A DNA stretch of 59,364 nucleotides, counting the filler, from Squatina squatina (Eukaryota): the NCBI GenBank assembly GCA_031763465.1. It is 3 parts of 3 records of this genome, joined end to end, with 100 filler letters (N's around TTAATTAATTAA, not from the genome) between each part and the next. Parts side by side here need not be neighbours in the genome. Positions count along the whole stretch, not along the records: positions 45,419 to 59,364 come from JARFOE010000149.1; 2 more parts are not named here. The stretch is one strand, 5' to 3'. Below are positions 52,018 through 59,364 of the stretch, in pieces. The notes below the pieces were generated by a model that worked only from the letters and a program-made list of their open reading frames with translations, had not been told where the DNA came from and did no database searches. Position 1 is the stretch's first letter, and each line of letters begins with the position of its first letter. Both the position numbers and the translations under genes were made by a program.

Positions 52018-53192
52018 GGTCCTGATTTTAAATCCCTCCCCCACCGCCTAGTGGAAACCAGGCAGGGGGGGATTTAAAATGGAGTGTGGAACTCCCCCAC
52101 TCCTCTCCTGTCCTGATTTGACCACCTGCCATTTTAAGTTTGGACACCCGGCCCAATCCGGACGTCATCCGGCCCCTGATCTGTGATTTTAACAGGAGGC
52201 CTGAGCGAGGCAGCAGTGACAGCTTCCCCACCGGGCCCAAAAGGAAAATTTGTCCAAAAAAAATGATTTGGCTTCCTTGTGGGCCAGGACAGGAGGGGCA
52301 GAATTGCTCCCCAGGGCCCCACAAGGAAATCTTGGATCTCCCTTGCCCCAGGGCTCCCCCCTCACCACTTACTTGGCTGTTCTACTGGTTCTTCAGCTTC
52401 AACTACAGCATGGTTCCTGGCCAGAAATTCACACTCCTGGGCCATAGTCCATTTCTCCACAGCTTCCGGGACTTAGGGTGAACCCCAAACTCACCAGCGT
52501 TTTCTGCCCCGCGATCGATTCTACACATCTCCTGGCTCTTCATTCCCACGGAAATACCTCCAGCAGTGTTTCCTCCGACACGCTATCCTTCAAACAGCTT
52601 CTAGACTCACGAGGCTTCCACACCTGTCTCTGAACCTGGACATCAAATGTCGATGCTCCAAGCTGACTCCCTCCTCTTATCTTTTTATTCCCCGTTTATT
52701 ACCAGGACACATCAATCCCAATCTTGCTTTGTAACCAAGGCTCTGTAAATGAGTTTCCTTGTGTCTATTTGCGTGCACATTTTGCCTGCCGCTCTCGATC
52801 CGAGCCCATTACTTCTATTCTTTCTTTTATTCGCCTCCTTTTTTCTTCTTTCCTCTTTACCCCTCTTTTCTGATGTGTTTGTGTTGTTTTTCATCTTTTA
52901 TTGAAGTTTTGACAGTCCTTGACAAATTGCTGAGAGCTGTCATAACTTCAATAAAAGATACACCTACCTGATCGGCTGGGGCCTCCCATGTGACCTTTCC
53001 AGCCTCTTCTGTCGACTTGCCTGGGAAACTAGAGAGCTCCACTCCGAATCTCCATCTCGGAGTGGTGGGTGGGGGCATGGGTGCTGAAGATCGCAAGTTT
53101 GCGTGGATCCAGGACCCTTAAATATGTATGTAGGCAAAATTGCAATCAGAGGCATCCGCCCGCAAGAAGCCTCCGATCGCAATTTCAGGTCC
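52018..53192. mobile_element. Putative MITE/Harbinger-derived element(s) with hairpins at both ends
   Basis: Left GGTCCTGATTTTA with hairpin attttaaatccc/gggatttaaaat; right hairpin aaattgcaatcagaggc/gcctccgatcgcaattt then CAGGTCC. The end-to-end match is weak, so these may be two elements. Confidence 0.45.
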
Positions 53193-53219
53193 AATATGTC
53201 CTGGAGGCAAAAGGGGGCA

Positions 53220-53689
53220 AGCCATGTTAGATTTAGTAATGAGCAATGATCCAGATTTAGTTAACAGCATAACTGCACGAGCATTCAACCAATAGCGATC
53301 AGAAGATGATCGAGTTCAGAGTCATGTTTGAAAGAGAGAAACGCCAAACAGCTACTAAGGACGTAGATTTGCGTTGGACTGACCTCAACAGGATGCAGCA
53401 GAGACAGTCCAAAGTAAACTTGGCAAATCTACTAATGGATAAAAGGACAGAGGATCAGCGGGATGTGTTTAAAAAAGAATTTACCGTGATACTGTTGCTA
53501 GCCCTGAGGGCCAGAAACTCTACTAGCCAAAAAAACAAACAGCCATGGACAAGCAAAGAGCATAAAACAAAAGGAAAGGGTGTACAGAAAGGGAAAAAAC
53601 ACATATCCCAGTGAATGGGAAAATACAAATAACAGCAAAGCTTTGCAGAACAGCTCGTAAGAGTTACAAAAGGGAGTATGAAAAGAAAC
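53220..53689 (+). mobile_element. Degenerate CR1 endonuclease/linker fragment
   Basis: SDQKMIEF (SDHNMIEF-like), QPW, ARKSYKREYEK. Confidence 0.6.
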
Positions 53690-53789
53690 NNNNNNNNNNN
53701 NNNNNNNNNNNNNNNNNNNNNNNNNNNNNNNNNNNNNNNNNNNNNNNNNNNNNNNNNNNNNNNNNNNNNNNNNNNNNNNNNNNNNNNNN

Positions 53790-55120
53790 TCCCAAATCCA
53801 TGCCCATCATTCCGCAGCTCCGTGTTTGAACTCCTCCAATCATCTTTCTGCAATAGCACGAAAACACCCCTTATCAACGTCATAAATTACATCCTTCGTG
53901 ACTGTCACTGTGGTAAGCAATCCCTCCTCATCATTCTCGACCTGTCTGCATCCTTTGACATGGGTGACGACACCATCCTCCTCTGTCGTCCAGCTGGGTG
54001 GGACGGTCCCTGTCTGGATCCATAACGTCTATCCAGTTGGAGCAGGAGAATCATCTGCAATGGCTTCTCTTCCCATTCCCGCCTCTGCACTTTTACCTCT
54101 GGATCCCAAGGATCCCAAGGATCTTTCGTTGTCCGCCTCCGATTTCTCATCTACATGCTGCCCCTCAGTGACATCATCCAAAAACACAAGGTCGGGTTCC
54201 ACATCTACGTAGCTCTACCTCCCCACCACCACTCTTGACCCCTTCACTGCCGCTGATTTGTCAGGCGGCATGTCTGACATTCAGTACTGGATGAGANNNN
54301 NNNNNNNNNNNNNNNNNNNNNNNNNNNNNNNNNNNNNNNNNNNNNNNNNNNNNNNNNNNNNNNNNNNNNNNNNNNNNNNNNNNNNNNNNNNNNNNNNNNN
54401 NNNNNNNNNNNNNNNNNNNNNNNNNNNNNNNNNNNNNNNNNNNNNNNNNNNNNNNNNNNNNNNNNNNNNNNNNNNNNNNNNNNNNNNNNNNNNNNNNNNN
54501 NNNNNNNNNNNNNNNNNNNNNNNNNNNNNNNNNNNNNNNNNNNNNNNNNNNNNNNNNNNNNNNNNNNNNNNNNNNNNNNNNNNNNNNNNNNNNNNCTGCA
54601 TAAACTTGAGGTCATCAAATCTTGGCTGTCCGTGTCCTAACTCACACCAAGTCCCATTCATCCGTCACCCCTATGCTCGCTGACCTACATTGGGTCCCGG
54701 TTAAGCAACGCCTCGATTTTAAGATTCTCCTCCTTGTTTTCAAATCCCTCCATGGCCTCACCCCTCCCTAACTCTAATCTCCTCCAGCCCCACAACCCCC
54801 CCCCAGATATCTGCACCTCCCTAATTCTGGCCCCTTGAGCATCCCAGATTTCAATCACTCAATCATTGGTGCCCATGTTTTCAGCTGCCAAGGCCCTAAG
54901 CTCTGGAATTCCCTGCCTAAACCTTTCCACTTCTCTACCTCTCTTTCTTCCTTCGAGACTCTCCTTAAACTTACCTCTTTGGCCAAGCTTTTGGTCATCT
55001 GCCCTAATTTTCCTTATGTGGCTCAGTGTCAAATTTTATTTTTATTATACTCCTGTGAAGCACCTTTGGATGTTTTACTACATTAAAGGTGCTATATAAG
55101 TACATGTAGTTGTTGTTGTA
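53790..55120 (+). mobile_element. L2 LINE 3' part with complete tail (300-N gap inside)
   Basis: ILDLSASFD, FSCQGPKLWNSLP; ends gctatataagtacatgtagttgttgttgt. Confidence 0.88.
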
Positions 55121-55122
55121 GT

Positions 55123-55733
55123 AAGCACATATGTCTATGGCCTTAATGATGCTTCAAGGGTATGGTATATTTCGGTGAGATTTGTTCTGCTGAAAATAGG
55201 TTGTGTTCAACTAAAATCAGATTCCGCAATGTATTATTGGTAACATAAAGGAAAACTTTCAGGCATCTTCATGATGCATGTTGATGATTTATTATGGGGT
55301 GGTACTGCGAAATTTGAAAAAAATCGTCATTACTAAGATTGAAATAGAATTTAAAATTGGGAGTCAGGCCTGTATTAAGCAAAGTGGGTCAGCATAACTT
55401 TAAATAAACAGTCCTATTTAAAGAATGTTACTCCCATCTTGTTAATCGTACTAGGTCATCACAGAAAGGTGATGTTCTATCTGAAGAGACAGAGCAATTG
55501 CAAAGCTTGATTGATTAGGTGAACTGGTTGTACACACAGATTAGTTTTGATGTGTTGTAATTAAGTACTTCCATGACATACCCCATAGTAGATAATGTTT
55601 CAAGGGCAAATAAAACATTACAAAAATTATATCTGGATAAATGTGTACTTAAATGCCATCCTTTGGTGACCCAAAGAATATGATGTCAGTTATCTTTAGT
55701 GATACTTCACTTGCTGAACTTCCTGATGGGTAT
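55123..55733 (+). mobile_element. Ty1/copia LTR retrotransposon RT to RNase H relic, GalEa-like (mostly missed by the ORF track)
   Basis: VYGLNDASRVWY..DSAMYYW*HKGKLSGIFMMHVDDLLWGGT (HVDD at 55277-55288)..QLQSLID*VNWL..ISFDVL..RANK..VIFSDTSLAELPDG. Confidence 0.85.
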
Positions 55734-55964
55734 AATGGAAGGGAGGTGGGGGAAGAAATATGCAGACAAATTAGGGAAATGAGTAAAAAACATATAATAA
55801 TCATGGGGGATTTCATCTACCCCAATATTAATTGGTCTGAAGAAGTAGGTAAAGGGGATAAGGGAATGGAGTTCCTACAATGTATGCGGGTCTCCTTTCT
55901 AACCCAGTATGTAAAAAGCCCAACAAGGGAGGATTCGCTATTGGATCTAGTACTGGGGAATAAA
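55734..55964 (+). mobile_element. CR1 endonuclease fragment
   Basis: IIMGDFIYPNINW..FLTQYVKSPTREDSLLDLVLGN. Confidence 0.88.
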
Positions 55965-56064
55965 NNNNNNNNNNNNNNNNNNNNNNNNNNNNNNNNNNNN
56001 NNNNNNNNNNNNNNNNNNNNNNNNNNNNNNNNNNNNNNNNNNNNNNNNNNNNNNNNNNNNNNNN

Positions 56065-56495
56065 GGGATGTGGGCGTCGCTGGTGAGGCCAGCATTTATT
56101 GCCCATCCCTAGTTGCCCTTGAGAAGGTGGTGATGAGCCACCTTCTTGAACCGCTGCATTCCGTGTGGTGAAGGAATTCCCACAGTGCTGTTAGGGAGGG
56201 AGATCCAGGATTTTGGCCCAGTGACGATGATGGAACGGTGATAGACTTCCAAGTCAGGATGGTTTGTGACTTGGAGGGGAACTTGCAGGTCATGGTGCTC
56301 CCATGTGCCGCCTGCCCTTGTCCTTCCAGGTGGTAGAGGTTGCGGGATTGGGAGGTGCTGAGGTGAAGCCTTGGCGAGTTGTTGCAGTGCATCTTGTAGA
56401 TGGTACACACTGCAGCCATGGTATGCCGGTGGTGGAGGGAGTGAATGTTTAAGGTGGTGGATGGGGTGCTAATCAAGCGGGCTGCTTTGAGTGTG
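56065..56495 (-). mobile_element. CR1-type LINE 3' end
   Basis: LNIHSLHHRHTMAAVCTIYKMHC..GPKSWISLPNS..RFKKVAHHHLLKGN* plus tail. Confidence 0.85.
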
Positions 56496-57339
56496 GGAGT
56501 CATTATGGATGTACTATATGATTACTTAGAGAAGGACATATCAGGGACACCCACATGGCTTCATAAAAAGGACGTTTTGTCTTACTAATTGGATTATATT
56601 TTTTGAAGAGGTCATCAAGATAGTGAATATGGGAAACCGGTAGACATTACCGGGGCTTTCAAAAAGCGTTGGATAAGATACCGCATACGAAGCTTCTCTA
56701 CATGATTGAAGGCTCGGGTATCAGTGGCAATCTACTGCTCTGGATTGAGAACTGGCTGAAAGCCCATAGGAAGAAAGTGGTTGTAGATGGATTTGGATCT
56801 GATGGTGGAGAAAGATCGAGTTCTAGGCATCCTAGTGCATAGATCTCTAAAGGTTCATTACCAATGCTGTGAAGCAATAGCTAGGGCTTACAGATTGCAT
56901 TTACAGGACAATACACTGTAAAACAAAGCATACTATAACTACAAGACCTTAGTTAGACTTCAGTTAGAATACTGTGTCCAATTTTGGTCTCCACACGTGA
57001 TATTGGGGCTTTGGAAAGGGTGAGCTAAGTTCCTGTTGTGTTTAACGAGGCCTTTTACTATCTTAGTAAAATTGCAGTAAGTATGTTAAAGTACATAAAA
57101 GCAGTAAGCACTTTAAAGGATATAAAGGCAGGAACTTGGCAATGCAGCCCTCCTCTGGGCAGAGGTAAATTGGGAGCACCAAGAGGACACCAGCTCTCAG
57201 GGTGGGGGAAGATTGGTAGAGGGAAGAAGCTCTTGGGGCTGGAGCAGGCTGATAGAAAGGAGAGGCCACTGGCTGCCAGAGCTGGTGACTGAAACAGATT
57301 CGGAGTGAAGACTGCAGTGAGAACGGAGAGAGGCAGCAG

Positions 57340-57645
57340 GGCAAAAGCTGTGGATGCTGGAAATCTGAAATAAAAACAAAAATGCTGGAAATACTCAGCA
57401 CGTCAGGCAGCATCTGTGGAGAGAAACAGAGTTAACATTTCAAGTTGTTGGCCTTTCATCAGAACTGGAAGAAGTTAGATTTAACAGTTTTTAAGCAAGT
57501 AGAGAGGCAGAGAAAGAAAAGGGGAAGGGAGGAAAGAACAAAAGGGAAGGTCTATGATAGACCGGAAGGCAGGAGTGATTCAATGATAAAAGAGATGACG
57601 GTGTAAGGTAAAAGGAGATGGCAGTGGGACAATTAAAGAAACAAG
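57340..57645 (-). mobile_element. Penelope-like element terminal fragment, second copy
   Basis: gctgtggatgctggaaatctgaaataaaaacaaaaatgctggaaatactcagca.gtcaggcagcatctgtggagag; homologous to 38178-38437. Confidence 0.65.
57430..57466 (-). ncRNA. Minimal type I hammerhead ribozyme motif (decayed)
   Basis: Minus strand AGUU-CUGAUGA-AAGGCCAACAACUU-GAAA-UGUU-AACU. Confidence 0.55.
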
Positions 57646-57820
57646 CTCATGGTCTACAGGTCAGCAGTGATCCCTGCCCTCCGGTTTGCGTTGGAGACCT
57701 GGACAAGGTACAGTAGACCCNNNNNNNNNNNNNNNNNNNNNNNNNNNNNNNNNNNNNNNNNNNNNNNNNNNNNNNNNNNNNNNNNNNNNNNNNNNNNNNN
57801 NNNNNNNNNNNNNNNNNNNN

Positions 57821-59082
57821 CTAGTAGATACAGAAGATACAGTTACGAACAGCAAAGGACTACTTCAGGTTCTTACGAGATGTCAGATGATGTAGTTCCT
57901 GATGATTGTAGAGGTCATGGCTTCAGCAGAAATGACGAGACATTGCCTGTAGAATTTAAGGCAGGGAAACAACATATCGTGGATGACCTTATTGGTAAAT
58001 ACAGTGGCCAAGAACAGAAAGGAATGATGTCTCCACCATACAGTAGTGAAGAGCATCCACTGCGATCAAGATCAACTGAGGCTTTTGTGAAGTTCACACC
58101 TGCATTAATGAATGGAGAAGTGGGGAATGACCACGGCCACATACTTAGTCACCAGATGCAGGTCCAGAGCGTTAAGCCAGCTACTGCAAGCAACCAGTTC
58201 GAGGAGCAATTGAAGAACCTGGATTCTCAACTTCTAAACCTCGTAAACAATGAAATTGTTGATTGTGGTCCTCCAGTGCAATGGGGTGATATTGCTGGAC
58301 TGGATACTGCAAAAGCAGTGATTGAAGAACAAGTGTTGTGGCCCTTGATGAGACCTGGGACTTACAGTGGTGTAAATGGACCACCAAAAAGCATTTTGCT
58401 ATTTGGACCTAGTGGTGGAGGCAAAACAATGCTCACAAGATGCATTGCCACTCATCTTGGGGCAACTTTCCTGAAGGTCAGTGGGTCATCCTTCATCTCC
58501 AAATGGAAGGGAGATGGAGAAATGATCTTACAGGCTATGTTTCTCATAGCTCGGTCCCGTCAACCATCTGTTATCTTTATCAATGAACTTGATGCCATGC
58601 TTTCTAACCCTGCGGGTGAAGAAAGCATCCGTCTAAACTCTATTAAAGCTAAATTCCTGTCTCATGTTGAAGGTGTGGTGAACTCGAGCAGTGACCATAT
58701 TATAGTCATTGGAGGTACTAGACACCCAGATGATATTGAGGAGACCATACACAGGTACTTTGTAAAGCGACTTTATATCTCTCCACCTGACAGCATTGCA
58801 AGACGTCAAATTTTAATTTATACCTTGTCCCAACAAGAGCATTGCCTCAGTGATGGGGAAATTAGCTCGATTGTTCAGCATACAGAAGGATATTCAGGGA
58901 GTGAGATAATGCAGCTCTGTCAAGAAGTAGCTTTAGGGCAAGGACGTGGTCTCACAGCACCGTTACAGCCTGCCACCTACAAGGACTTTGAAAAGGCCTT
59001 TTGCAAAGTTCAGCCCAGCGTTTCGCAAAAGGAGCTGAAGTTGTACACAGAATGGAACAAGCTGTTCGGGTCTTGTGTCTGA
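57821..59082 (+). CDS. FIGNL2: Fidgetin-family AAA ATPase, 3' part of the large exon; FIGNL2-like
   Basis: VDCGPPVQWGDIAG, LLFGPSGGGKT, VIFINELD, KDFEKAFCKVQPSVSQKEL..EWNKLFG*. VDCGPPVQW and the short C-terminal linker fit FIGNL2 better than FIGN or FIGNL1. Family assignment is solid; the paralog call is less so. Confidence 0.7.
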
Positions 59083-59364
59083 CAGTGAAGTTCTGAGGGT
59101 TAGAGTAGTGGTTCGAGTGGAAGAGAGACTGCAGGATAAACAAAGAAAGAAACTATGTTGCCTTGCGTTAATCTCTATTATATCACGAAAGTCAAATGCT
59201 AAGAAATCAACTGATGGTATTTCTGTAGCTAGTAGTATGTTTCTAAAGTTGTTGGTTGCTGTCTAAATCTTCATATATTCTGATTTGATTGTTACATTAA
59301 TCAATCAAAATGACTTTTTAAAAATGTATGATTATGCTAAATCAGCTAGATTACCAAACAAAGA

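Noticed and set aside
55653-56171. 172-aa ORF resembling an RNase H-endonuclease fusion
   Set aside because: Chance in-frame junction of a copia relic and a CR1 fragment, continuing through Ns into another repeat.
57649-57720. N-terminus of the 477-aa ORF
   Set aside because: RTE LINE fragment (VYR..VIPAL..ETWT) on another contig; not part of the fidgetin-like gene.

Overview
Eukaryotic (vertebrate) genomic DNA, most likely a shark or ray, judged from the repeat landscape (Deu-domain tRNA SINEs, several CR1 families, L2, RTE, Penelope ends, GC-rich MITEs). It is not one contiguous locus. It is a sparse assembly of 0.7-5 kb contigs joined mostly by 100-N gaps, and it spans three scaffolds separated by artificial N44-TTAATTAATTAA-N44 linkers (19661-19760, 45319-45418). 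Scaffold 1 carries exons of SYDE2, DDAH1, COL24A1 and MSH4, all on the minus strand (human 1p block). Scaffold 2 carries two RTE LINE relics, a divergent RAB10-like exon, GAREM1, a T-cell receptor beta-type V pseudogene with an RSS, and KCNQ3. Scaffold 3 is almost all repeats, including a Ty1/copia (GalEa-like) relic and a MITE nested in an L2 tail, and ends in a fidgetin-family AAA ATPase exon (FIGNL2-like). Gene names come from my recall of vertebrate protein sequences and exon sizes, not from a database search; repeat boundaries are approximate. I find no convincing new multi-gene system. The best leads are: a candidate extra KCNQ3 cassette exon beside a GC-AG donor, a probable RAB10 ohnolog next to GAREM1, the isolated TRBV pseudogene with a 21-nt RSS spacer, minimal hammerhead ribozyme motifs in Penelope ends, a nonsense codon splitting a long SYDE2 N-terminus, a copia relic and hairpin-ended MITE families.
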